This document shows positions 12,243 through 21,904 of a DNA stretch of 64,000 bases, one piece after another. The stretch is from Alphaproteobacteria bacterium. GTDB lineage: Bacteria > Pseudomonadota > Alphaproteobacteria > Bin95. The stretch covers positions 1,856,001-1,920,000 of the forward strand of contig OZ219787.1 in assembly GCA_964291285.2 (NCBI GenBank). The letters are read 5' to 3'. The position numbers and the translations under genes are program-made. Positions within the stretch are counted from its first letter, which is position 1. Every line of letters begins with the position of its first letter. Under the pieces are notes generated by a model that was not told the origin of the DNA, ran no database searches, and saw only the letters and a list, made by a program, of their open reading frames with translations.

Positions 12243-14684
12243 CTAGGTACCGCCGCCTGACTTCTGTTCCGCAGACAGATATGCAGCGATGCGGGCGGCC
12301 GCCGCCTCCGCCTTCGAAACGACCTCCTCGAAATCCCTGGCGTCGCAGGCCCGGGCCACGGTGGCTTTGACCGTGTCCTCCCAATGCGCCTCGCCGGCCT
12401 GTCCGCCGTTCGCCAGCGACAGGACACACTCCAGGCCCAGCAGGAAACCCGCTGCCTCGGCAAGTTCCTCCGCCGTTTCGGATTCGAGGATTCCGTGTTC
12501 TCCGGCCTTCTTCAGGACAGCCGCCGGGCCGTCCCCGCCTGCCATATCCGGATGGCTCCCACCATATTGCAGACGCAACCCGAGCGCGGCCCGTTCGAGA
12601 TCGCCCAGACCGCCCGGGCCTTCCAGGATCGCAAGGAGCAACCGCTCACCTTCCTCGTCCGGGACGGGGTGAAGAATATCGTCGGCCGACGGGCCCTGCC
12701 GGAGGAGGATCGACCGTCTGGCTTCCTCGAACCGTTCGGCGAACTCGCCGGGGCGGTCGCCGACCACGCACACGACTCTGGCCGACGCCGCATCCCGCAG
12801 AAAATCCGCATCCGGCTTCCCCGCGCCGTCCGCAAAACGCTCCAGCGCCCCGGTAACATTGTGGTTCCCGCTGCCCGGGGGCCGCATATGGACGGACCTG
12901 ACCAGCATGTTGTTGGCCGACCACTGCGCCGCGACCTTGTTGAACCTCCTGCAGAACTCGCCGGCATGGTCTTCCAGGACGAATCCGTTGCCTTCGATCT
13001 CCGATCCGCCATCCGCCAGAGCGATGATCTCGACTTCCGATTCGAAGGTCATCCGGCGTTCGCCGAGCCTGCCGAGAGCCACAAAGGCGATGCCGTCGCA
13101 GGCAACCGGGCCTCGATGAACAACGAATTCGTCGAGAACGGCCCGCGCCAGCAGAGTTATCGCCGCGTCGGCCATGTTGGAAAGCGGCCGGCCGGCGTCC
13201 TGCCCCAGAACGTGCCCCCGCATCATCCTTACGCCGATCTGGAAGGCCTGGTCGTTGCACCATATTTGTGCATTTTCGGCGACTTCCTCGGCCATATCCG
13301 TTTCCGAGAGGTCCATATCTTCAATCATTTCGCCGTAGCCGAACTCATGGCCGTAATGGAGCCGCAGCAACCCCCTCTGGGCAAAGAGCAACTCGTCAGG
13401 CTCCATGTCTATATTGTCGGGAACGGTGATCTGCTGAAATTGCCGGCCGGTAACGCTGTCGATCAGCGGATAACAGACCTCCATATATCGTGCCAGACAT
13501 GGCGCGCCTTGCATAATCTCCGAAATCAAGGGGAGCGACCCAGGCCGGTGGCGGTAGGCTTCGCTGGAAAGCGCCCGCCAATCCTTGACATCGGGATAGA
13601 ATTTGCGCCGCCATTCTTCGACAAGCGGGTTCATTTTCCGAAACCAGGCCGATGGAAAGAGAAGCAGGGTCATCATCGAACCGTAGTGCGACGGAAGGCT
13701 CGGAGCCTTGTCCTCGGGAAGGCCGTGAAGCAATGGGTACGGCCTGGTCGGCTTGTCGTGATGATCCGAGTGCCGCTGTATGGAGAAATACAGATAGTTC
13801 GAAGCACTGGAATGATTCCAGGAATGATGCGGCTGGATCCGTTCGTACTTGCCGTTCGGCCTCAGGACACGCTGCAAACCGTAATGTTGCATATAATCGA
13901 CGGCTCTGATCCCCCAGGCTGCGAACAAGGCAATAAACGCCCAGGCGGCGAGCCCCAGCCATCCTCCGATAGCAAGCGCCAGGGCGGGCCAGGCGGCCCA
14001 CATGGCGGCCCATAGCCAGACCGGATTCGACTTGTGCCAGAACGACAGACCGCGGCGGGCCAACCGGCGATGCTGGACACGAATCGCCTCCGCATAGACA
14101 TAGGGAAGTCCGGTAAAGAAGTAATTGTAATAGCTTTGCCCAAGTCGCGCGGACTCCCTGTCCCGCGGCGTTGCGACATTCGGATGATGCATATAAACAT
14201 GTTCCGTGTACATGTGCGGCATGGCGATTGCGCCCATCGTGAATTCCGCCAGCCGCCGCATCCATAGTTTCGGCCTGTGGATCAGGTCATGCGACGTTAT
14301 GGTTACGAGTCTGCCGAGCATTCCGCAAAATACGAGCAGAACAAGGCGTTCGTAGAGCAGCAGGGTCGGTAAGTTGCATACGGCCCAAAGTATGAAGATC
14401 ACCAACAGAGGATAAAGTACTGCCCATAAAACGAGAATGGCCATATGCCAGAATACCCGGGACTCCGGCGTGTTGCGATCCAGGTTCGGGACATCGTTCT
14501 TGCATAATGTTTCCACAATTTTGATATAGGGAATAAGCGGCAAGATAATCCATGGAACGACCCATGGAATGAAGTCGGGCAGCAAGTCCAGCGCCATGGC
14601 TATAACCAAAGGCACAAGCAGCAGCGTGATTGAAAACGGAAGCGCGCCTCTCAGGCCGGTCCCGGCTGTGCGGGACCGGTTCAT
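12243..14684 (-). CDS. AlkB/fatty-acid-desaturase-like membrane di-iron monooxygenase fused to a degenerate GlnE-like domain (813 aa)
   Basis: His boxes HDLIH, EHVYMHH, DYMQHYG, IQRHSDHH; C-terminal ALGRLGERRMTFESEVE and GPGGLGDLE resemble GlnE; ATG overlaps the upstream TGA. Confidence 0.82.
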   Translation of the reverse strand: MNRSRTAGTGLRGALPFSITLLLVPLVIAMALDLLPDFIPWVVPWIILPLIPYIKIVETLCKNDVPNLDRNTPESRVFWHMAILVLWAVLYPLLVIFILWAVCNLPTLLLYERLVLLVFCGMLGRLVTITSHDLIHRPKLWMRRLAEFTMGAIAMPHMYTEHVYMHHPNVATPRDRESARLGQSYYNYFFTGLPYVYAEAIRVQHRRLARRGLSFWHKSNPVWLWAAMWAAWPALALAIGGWLGLAAWAFIALFAAWGIRAVDYMQHYGLQRVLRPNGKYERIQPHHSWNHSSASNYLYFSIQRHSDHHDKPTRPYPLLHGLPEDKAPSLPSHYGSMMTLLLFPSAWFRKMNPLVEEWRRKFYPDVKDWRALSSEAYRHRPGSLPLISEIMQGAPCLARYMEVCYPLIDSVTGRQFQQITVPDNIDMEPDELLFAQRGLLRLHYGHEFGYGEMIEDMDLSETDMAEEVAENAQIWCNDQAFQIGVRMMRGHVLGQDAGRPLSNMADAAITLLARAVLDEFVVHRGPVACDGIAFVALGRLGERRMTFESEVEIIALADGGSEIEGNGFVLEDHAGEFCRRFNKVAAQWSANNMLVRSVHMRPPGSGNHNVTGALERFADGAGKPDADFLRDAASARVVCVVGDRPGEFAERFEEARRSILLRQGPSADDILHPVPDEEGERLLLAILEGPGGLGDLERAALGLRLQYGGSHPDMAGGDGPAAVLKKAGEHGILESETAEELAEAAGFLLGLECVLSLANGGQAGEAHWEDTVKATVARACDARDFEEVVSKAEAAAARIAAYLSAEQKSGGGT

Positions 14685-15727
14685 GATTCCCTGAGATCGT
14701 AACCGAGGCGTTCGAGGCTTGACCGGCAGGATTCGGTCAAGGCGGCGCGCTCGGCGGGAATGAGGTCTCCCAGCTTCGAGGGTGTCGGGCGGGGGATCCG
14801 CGCCGCCTCCTTCACCCATTCCGGATCTTCGAGAGACGGATCGAGAAACCGCGCGAGGCGCGCAATCTCCTTCTCCGGTTCGCTCTGCATGTCCTCGAAC
14901 CGCACACGCAGCACCTTTTCCGGCGGAAGCGTGTCGAGAAACCGGTCCGCCAAGTCGACTATGTCCGACCAGAATTTCCCGAATTCGGCAAGCGTGAATT
15001 CCCGGTCTCTGGTTCTGCTGAACAGAAAGACGACATACACGAGAAGCTGGGTGCGCAGCATCGCCCAGTCCCGGAACGCATGTCCCGAGACCCCTGTCAT
15101 CGGTTTCAGCGCATCCACGCCATACTCCCTCATGGTCACAATGTAGCGCATGGCTTCGCGGAACACGGGGTGCTTCTTCATCGACATGGCGGTATCGCGC
15201 CCGTCGCGGTAGAGATGGATGAACTTCGCCTCGGGAAACATTTGCGCCAGTCTGGGCGCATACATCCCGGCCCCGCCCGAGCGCTCCACCCAGACCTTTC
15301 GGTCGAACTTCCCGCGCAACCACGCGAACATCGCCCGGTAATGATCGGCCGCATATTGGCGCGGCTGCGAGCGGATCACCGGCTCGAGCTCGTCGAGAAG
15401 GTCGTCGGGCCGGTCGGTGATATGCGGAAGCGTGACCCACGAAATGGGGGGTATCTCCGCGCCGGCATAGCGGCCGCGCGGGGTGCCGACCGGGTACAAG
15501 AGCGCTTCGGAGTGGCTGCCGAGTTGCCGGCGCTGCGCCCTCGTCTGCCTGCTGACGATGCTCCACATCTCGTTGCCGGTCAGGCGCCGGAAGTGAAACA
15601 GGGCGCGACCCTGCAAGATAAACAACTCGGATATGCTGAGAATGTCCGGATGCGAGTTCAGGACGTCGGACAGCATGGTCGAACCGCAGCGTCCGGAACT
15701 GACGACGATTGCTGGAGAGATGTCCAT
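14681..15727 (-). CDS. Sulfotransferase family protein, paralog of 251-1297
   Basis: SSGRCGSTMLS, TLPH, KVWVERSGG, YRDGRDTAMS, LERLGY all shared with the first copy. Confidence 0.85.
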   Translation of the reverse strand: MDISPAIVVSSGRCGSTMLSDVLNSHPDILSISELFILQGRALFHFRRLTGNEMWSIVSRQTRAQRRQLGSHSEALLYPVGTPRGRYAGAEIPPISWVTLPHITDRPDDLLDELEPVIRSQPRQYAADHYRAMFAWLRGKFDRKVWVERSGGAGMYAPRLAQMFPEAKFIHLYRDGRDTAMSMKKHPVFREAMRYIVTMREYGVDALKPMTGVSGHAFRDWAMLRTQLLVYVVFLFSRTRDREFTLAEFGKFWSDIVDLADRFLDTLPPEKVLRVRFEDMQSEPEKEIARLARFLDPSLEDPEWVKEAARIPRPTPSKLGDLIPAERAALTESCRSSLERLGYDLRES

Positions 15728-15919
15728 GGCCTGCCTCAATTTTACCCTCAAGCGGGCTCCGACCCGACCAATACCCCTTTGGACTCGGGGAATCGCCCGC
15801 AACGGCTAGAACAATCAGCTATACTTCGTATAGTAGTTGGCAATACTCATCAAGTCCTTTGTTTTCGAGGGTGAGGGGGCTTGTCGCATTGGCGCTGATG
15901 GCCGCCCGGAGGACGCCGG

Positions 15920-16005
15920 ATCGGGGACCGCTGGAGAATGGCCAGCGCATCGTGCTGACGCGCGTCCCGGAGATCGCTCCCGGCGTCGAGGCCCGGGCGC
16001 CGTGA
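15920..16005 (+). pseudogene. Probable C-terminal remnant of an RND periplasmic adaptor gene (left boundary approximate)
   Basis: RGPLENGQRIVLTRVPEIAPGVEARAP* resembles MFP C-termini, and its stop overlaps the permease GTG. Confidence 0.5.
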
Positions 16006-19000
16006 TCGCGTTGTTCGCCCGCCACCCGACGGCGGCGAACTTGCTGATGGCGGCCATGCTGGTGGTCGGGCTGCTGGCGCTCGGGCGGATGAACAAGCAG
16101 TTCTTCCCGGATTTCGGCATCGATGCGGTCGTCGTCTCCGTGGCCTGGCCCGGCGCCGGCGCGGAGGACGTGGACAACACCATCGTCCAGGCGCTCGATC
16201 CCGAGATCCGCTTCCTCGACCGCGTGAAGCGGGTGATCTCCAACTCCCAGGAGGGTCTCGCGAACATTCGGATCGTTTTCGAGGCCGGGACCGACATGCA
16301 GGCGGCGCTGGCGGACGTGGATGCCGCCGTGTCGCGCGTCGCGACCCTGCCCGAGGACAGCGAGGCGCCCTGGATCCGGCGCGTGGTGCGCTACGAGAAC
16401 CTCTTGCGCATCGTGCTTTCCGGGGACCTGCCGGAGCGCACGATCAAGACCTGGGCGCTCCGCATGCGCGACGGGCTGATCCGCGCTGGCGTCGACGAGG
16501 TGGAGACGGTCGGCGCGCGCGACGAGTGGATCCTGGTCGAGGCGGACCAGCGCGACCTGCTGGCGCTCGACCTGCCGATCTCGGAAATCTCCAGCCGGAT
16601 TGCCGGCGCCTCGCGCGACATTCCGGGCGGCGACACGGGCGGGCGCACGGTCTCGCGCGTGCGTTCGCTCGGGCTTGCGCGCACGGCCGAGGAGGTCGCT
16701 GCGGTCGAGGCGCGTGCGTTTCCGGACGGGCGCAGGCTGACGCTGGGCGAGGTCGCGGAGGTCACGGAAGCGTGGAACGAGGACCAGCCGCGGGTCTGGT
16801 TCGACGGCCGCCCGGCGGTGGAACTCGTCGTCAAGCGGGCCACGACGGCGGATGCGCTCGAAACCGCCAAAGCCGCGGCGCGGTTCCTGGACGAGTTCGT
16901 GCCCACCTTGCCGCCAGGCGTTACGGTACACCGCTATGACGAGTCCGCGGAACTGATCGACCAGCGCATCGACCTTCTGGTGCACAACGGCATCGGCGGG
17001 CTGGTCATCGTGCTGATCGTGCTGTTCCTCTTCCTGAACGCCCGCACGGCGCTGTGGGTGGCCGCCGGCATACCCGCGGCCTTGCTCGCCGCGATGGCGC
17101 TCGCCTGGGGCCTCGGGCATTCCGTCAACATGATCATCCTGTTCGGGACGATCCTCGCCATCGGCCTCGTGGTGGACGACGCCATCGTGGTGGCCGAACA
17201 TGCCGAGACGCGCGCGCGCCGGGGCGACGATCCGCTGCAGGCGGCCATGGAGGGCGCGCGGCGCATGGCGGGGCCGGTGTTCTCGTCGAGCCTGACCACC
17301 ATCGCCGCCTTCCTGCCGCTGGTGCTGATCGGCGGCGTGATGGGGCAGATCATCCGGGAGATCCCGATCATCGTCGTGCTGGCGCTGGCGGCCAGCCTCG
17401 TCGAGTGCTTCCTGGTGCTGCCCGGCCATCTGCGCCATTCGCTGGCCGCAACCGCAGCCGCCGCGGAAGGCCGGGCTTCCCGCTTCCGCCGGAGGTTCGA
17501 CGAAGGCTTCCGCCGGTTCCGCGAAGGGCCGTTCCGGCGCACGGTCGCGCGCGCGCTCGACCACCGCTACCTGGTGCTGGCGCTGGCGGTCGGCTTCTTC
17601 CTCGTCAGCCTCGGCATTGCGGCCAGCGGGCGCATCGGCTTCACCTTTTTCCCGTCGGTCGAGCCGAACAACATCTTCGCGAACCTCCGCATGGTTCCGG
17701 GCACGACCGGCGAGGAAACGCTGGAACGCCTGATGCAGATCGAGCGGGGCGCCCGCGCCACGGCCGAGGACTTCGGCGAGCCCGGCCTGGTGCATACCTC
17801 ACTGGTCGTCCAGGGCATACAGCGCAACCAGGCCCTGTCCGGACTCCACCGGCGCGACGACACGGTGGGCGCCGTGGTCGTGCAGCTCGTCGATTCCGAC
17901 AAGCGCGACGTGCGCACCGAAGCCTTCGTGCAGGCATGGCGGGACCGCAACGGGCCGGTCGTCGGGGCCGATGCTCTGACCATCCGCGCCGCGACCGGCG
18001 GGCCGCCCGGACGCGAGATCGACGTGCGCCTGTCCGGCGACAGCCTCGACGACCTCAAGGCGGCGGCCGGGCGCGTGAAGGCCCTTCTGGCCTCATATCC
18101 GGGCGTGAGCGCCATCGGCGACAACCTCGCCTACGGCAACCGGGAAATGCAGCTTCGGGTGACGCCGGCGGGCCGGGCGATGGGCTTCGACATCTCGCGG
18201 GCGGGCAGCCAGCTTCGCAGCGCACTCCAGGGCGACACGGCGCTCCGCTTCGCCAGGGGCGATGAGGAGGTGGAGGTCAGGGTCCGGCAGACGGAGAACC
18301 CGGGCGGTCTCGGCGCGCTCTACCTGTTCGGCCCGAACGGGACCGAGGTGCCGCTGAGCGCCGTGGTGACCGTGACGCCCTCCAGCGGCTATGACGTGAT
18401 CCGCCGCGAGCGGGGCCGGCGCGAGGTCTCGGTGACGGCGGAGGTGGACGAGACCGTCACCACCAACAACGTGGTGCTCTCCGCGCTCCGGCGGGACGGC
18501 CTGGCGGAGATCGCCGGGGATGCGGGCCTCGAATGGCGTTTCGCGGGCAAGGCGGAGGAGCAGGCCGAGACCTTTGCCGACATGGGCGTCGGCGGGGCGA
18601 TCGGGCTGGCCGGCATGTTCCTGGTGCTTGCCTGGATCTTCGGCAGCTACAGCCGCCCGCTGGCGGTGCTGGCGGTGGTGCCGCTCGGCTTCATCGGCGT
18701 CTCGCTCGGCCATTTCTTCACCGGCTTCGACCTCACCATCCTGTCGATGATCGGCATGATCGGGCTCTCCGGCATCGTCATCAACGATTCGATCGTGCTC
18801 ATCGTGGCGATCACGGACCACGAGCAGGAAGGCAAGCCGCCGCTGCAGGCCATAGAGGACGGGGCCTGCGACCGCCTGCGTGCGGTGATCCTGACCTCGC
18901 TCACCACCATCAGCGGCCTGCTGCCGCTCTGTTTCGAGACCAGCCTGCAGGCGCAGTTCCTGATCCCGGTGGCGCTCACCATCGTGGCCGGCCTGGCTAC

Positions 19001-19079
19001 CGCAACCCTGCTCATCCTGTTCGTCGTGCCGGCCATGCTGGCCGTCGGACACGACCTGAGGCGCCTGAAGATGAACTGA
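16002..19079 (+). CDS. RND efflux permease (AcrB/AcrD/AcrF family)
   Basis: HPTAANLLM, IGLVVDDAIVVAE, GIVINDSIV, RLRAVILTSLTT. Confidence 0.93.
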   Translation: MIALFARHPTAANLLMAAMLVVGLLALGRMNKQFFPDFGIDAVVVSVAWPGAGAEDVDNTIVQALDPEIRFLDRVKRVISNSQEGLANIRIVFEAGTDMQAALADVDAAVSRVATLPEDSEAPWIRRVVRYENLLRIVLSGDLPERTIKTWALRMRDGLIRAGVDEVETVGARDEWILVEADQRDLLALDLPISEISSRIAGASRDIPGGDTGGRTVSRVRSLGLARTAEEVAAVEARAFPDGRRLTLGEVAEVTEAWNEDQPRVWFDGRPAVELVVKRATTADALETAKAAARFLDEFVPTLPPGVTVHRYDESAELIDQRIDLLVHNGIGGLVIVLIVLFLFLNARTALWVAAGIPAALLAAMALAWGLGHSVNMIILFGTILAIGLVVDDAIVVAEHAETRARRGDDPLQAAMEGARRMAGPVFSSSLTTIAAFLPLVLIGGVMGQIIREIPIIVVLALAASLVECFLVLPGHLRHSLAATAAAAEGRASRFRRRFDEGFRRFREGPFRRTVARALDHRYLVLALAVGFFLVSLGIAASGRIGFTFFPSVEPNNIFANLRMVPGTTGEETLERLMQIERGARATAEDFGEPGLVHTSLVVQGIQRNQALSGLHRRDDTVGAVVVQLVDSDKRDVRTEAFVQAWRDRNGPVVGADALTIRAATGGPPGREIDVRLSGDSLDDLKAAAGRVKALLASYPGVSAIGDNLAYGNREMQLRVTPAGRAMGFDISRAGSQLRSALQGDTALRFARGDEEVEVRVRQTENPGGLGALYLFGPNGTEVPLSAVVTVTPSSGYDVIRRERGRREVSVTAEVDETVTTNNVVLSALRRDGLAEIAGDAGLEWRFAGKAEEQAETFADMGVGGAIGLAGMFLVLAWIFGSYSRPLAVLAVVPLGFIGVSLGHFFTGFDLTILSMIGMIGLSGIVINDSIVLIVAITDHEQEGKPPLQAIEDGACDRLRAVILTSLTTISGLLPLCFETSLQAQFLIPVALTIVAGLATATLLILFVVPAMLAVGHDLRRLKMN

Positions 19080-19093
19080 ACCTACTGCCACTA

Positions 19094-19949
19094 GTCACCT
19101 GGCACTGAAGTAGAGTTCATTGTAGGATGGTCTTTCGGGTCGGACAAAGGAGGTCATCTCGATGGGGCGCGGTACGGGACAGCCGCTGGCGGCCTTGGTC
19201 TTGAGCGATGAGGAACGGTCGTTTCTGGAAGCGCAGGTTCGGCGTCACCGTGTGGCGCGCTCGCTGTCGGATCGCTGCCGCATGATCCTGCGTTGCGCTG
19301 ACGGGCTGGGCAACAAGGCGGTAGCCGCAGAACTCGGCATGCACGAGCACACCGTCGGCAAGTGGCGCAGGCGTTTCGTCAAGAACCGCATCGAGGGGCT
19401 TTCGGACGAGCCCCGTCCGGGGCGCCCGCGGAGCATCGCGGACGAGAAAGTGGCGGAAGTGATCGAGCGCACGCTCACCTCGACGCCTGCGGACGCGACC
19501 CACTGGTCGCTGCGCTCGATGGCGAAGGAGGCGGGGCTGTCACACACGTCGATCTGGCGCCTCTGGGGCGCCTTCGGCCTGCAGCCGCACCGGGCTGAGA
19601 CGTTCAAGCTGTCGGCCGATCCGCACTTCGTGGACAAGGTCCGCGACATTGTCGGCCTCTACCTCTCGCCGCCGGACCGCGCGCTGGTGCTCTGCGTCGA
19701 CGAAAAGAGCCGGATCCAGGCCCTCGACCGCACCCAGCCGGTCCTGCCGATGCTGCCCGGCATCCCTGAGCGGCGCACCCACGATTACAAGCGCAACGGC
19801 ACGACCTCGCTGTTCGCGGCGCTCGACATCGCCACCGGTGCGGTGATCGCCAAGTGCTATCGCCGCCACCGGGCCAGGGAGTTCCTCGACTTCCTTTGTC
19901 CGACCCGAAAGACCATCCTACAATGAACTCTACTTCAGTGCCATGTGAC
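19094..19949 (+). mobile_element. IS630-family derivative bounded by two inverted copies of the left end
   Basis: ~61-bp inverted repeat with one mismatch (19091-19151 vs 19892-19952); both ends in CTAG context. Confidence 0.85.
19162..19926 (+). pseudogene. IS630 transposase, C-terminally truncated
   Basis: [29 protein letters not shown]; breaks after EFLDFL, before the 2nd and 3rd catalytic residues. Confidence 0.9.
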
Positions 19950-20016
19950 TAGCTTTTAGGAGTTTGCGTTTTCGATTCACACTCCCGTTTCCGTTTCTGT
20001 TGAGTTGGGGTGTGAG

Positions 20017-20466
20017 ATGGAGGAGTTTTTGTCAGTATTCGAAGGAGTTACGGATCCGCGTCGCAGCAATGCGACGCGCCACTCTCTGCACGAGATGCTT
20101 ATGATCGCGCTGCTCTCGACCTTGTGCGGCGGGGAGGGATGCGCGGACATGGAGCGTTTCGGTCGGGCGAAGGAAGGGTTTCTGCGCCGTTTCATGGAGT
20201 TGAAGCACGGCATCCCGAGCCACGATGCGTTTTCGGACCTGTTCAACGCCCTCGATCCCGACAGCCTGCAGAAAGTGCTGCTGCGGCTTCTGGAGGACTG
20301 GGCGGCGGTTCTGGACGGCGATGTGATCGCGATTGACGGCAAGTCGCTGCGGCGTTCCTTCGCCGATGCCGCGGCGCGCTCGCCGGTGCATCTGGTGCAG
20401 GCCTTCGCCGCCGGGACCCGCCTGATGCTCGGCCAGGTGAAGGTCGATGACAAGTCCAACGAGATT
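20017..20466 (+). pseudogene. ISAs1-family transposase, 5' fragment
   Basis: DPRR, GIPSHD, IAIDGKSLR, KSNEI; homology stops at the next element. Confidence 0.9.
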
Positions 20467-21904
20467 GCGAGAAATTTGCGCTGTGGGGTTTTTCCGGTCG
20501 GATGGGACGTTGGGTCCGGGTGTTGATGTTGTTTGTTCCGGCGTTCGAGGCGGTCGCCGCGGTTGCTTTTCGAACTTGAGCGGCCCAGCCCGGCAGCATC
20601 GCCGGCCTTCGGTCGCGTTTGTCCGTATGCCGGGGTCCGGCGGGTTGGGTCAGCGTTGTCGGCAGTCGGCTGAGGGGTCAGCCGGTATCGAGGTATGGCG
20701 CCGGGCCGACCAGGGAGCGCATGCGTGCGACGCGTCCGGCGCGGGCCTGTGCAAGCGCCATGGCCATCATGACCGCCAGGGCCAGCCCGATGCGGGTCTT
20801 CATCTTCGCGCGTCCGCGGATGTAATGGGTCTCGAAGTTGAAGCTGCGGTCGAGGCGGGCGTTGATCCGCTCCATGGCGGTGCGCCGGTTGTATCCGCGC
20901 CGCCATGACGGGCTGCCCCAGGGCGTGGGCGTGAAGATACGCCGGTCATGGCTGTCGAGGTCGACGCGCAGGATGCGGCCGTATTCGCCGGACTTCACCC
21001 CACCCGCCCGATGGCAGGCCCGGCGTCCCTTGCACTCGAAGCCGAAGGCGGCTGCGGGGCAGCGGTATTTGAGCGTGCCGCAGACGCCGCGCCCGACCTC
21101 GAACCCCTGGAAGGCCATGGCGCGGACCTCGCCGGTCTGCGGGCACACGCAGGACACCCGGCCGCGTTCGTCATGAACGATGACGTCGGCGCGCCCGGGG
21201 AACAGCGGTCGCGTGATCGGCCGGGCCGGGTCATGGCCCGGCTCCTTCTTCTCGACCCGCCACATCAGGCGCGTGTCGATCAGCGGGCGGATATGCCACC
21301 TGTCCCACAACCGCGCCTTCAGGCGGGCGTTGTCGAGACCGCGGTCGGCGCTGAAATCGGCGCAGCGCCCGGCCATCTCCGGCGCCTCGGCGAACAACTC
21401 CTCCAGCATCCCGGACAGCACCCCGGGTTCCGATGCCGACGCCCGCGTCACCTCGAAGGCCACAGGAACCTCGTGGTCCGTGTCGGCGATCAGGTGCAGC
21501 CCGTAGCCGAACCACGACTTCACCTTCTTCCACACCGCGCCGGTCTTCGCGTTCACCCCGCCCGTCTCGTGCCTGCCCCAGTCCGCATCGGGGTCCGAGG
21601 TCTGCCCCCTGGCCCCGGCAACCCGGCCCGTCGAGTGGCTCGCCACCGCCTTGCCGTCGTAGCCGAGATGGCGACCGAAGTCCGGCAACTCCTCGAACAG
21701 CGAGGCGCGCAGACGCCCGATCATCCCCGACACAAGGCCGCGCTCGTCCTCAAGGCGCACCACGCGCCCCAGGAACCGCGAGAAGTTCCAGGCGCCCGGC
21801 ACCGTCGAGCGCAACGGCGCCGGACGCCTCACCGCGCGCCCTGCGCAAAGCGCCACCACCGGCGCACCCTGCAAGGGCAGCGCCTCGAACCCGCAAATCT
21901 CAAG

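Noticed and set aside
14685-15566. N-terminal 294-aa extension of the monooxygenase ORF
   Set aside because: Overlaps the sulfotransferase in another frame; the coupled ATG at 14684 is the better start
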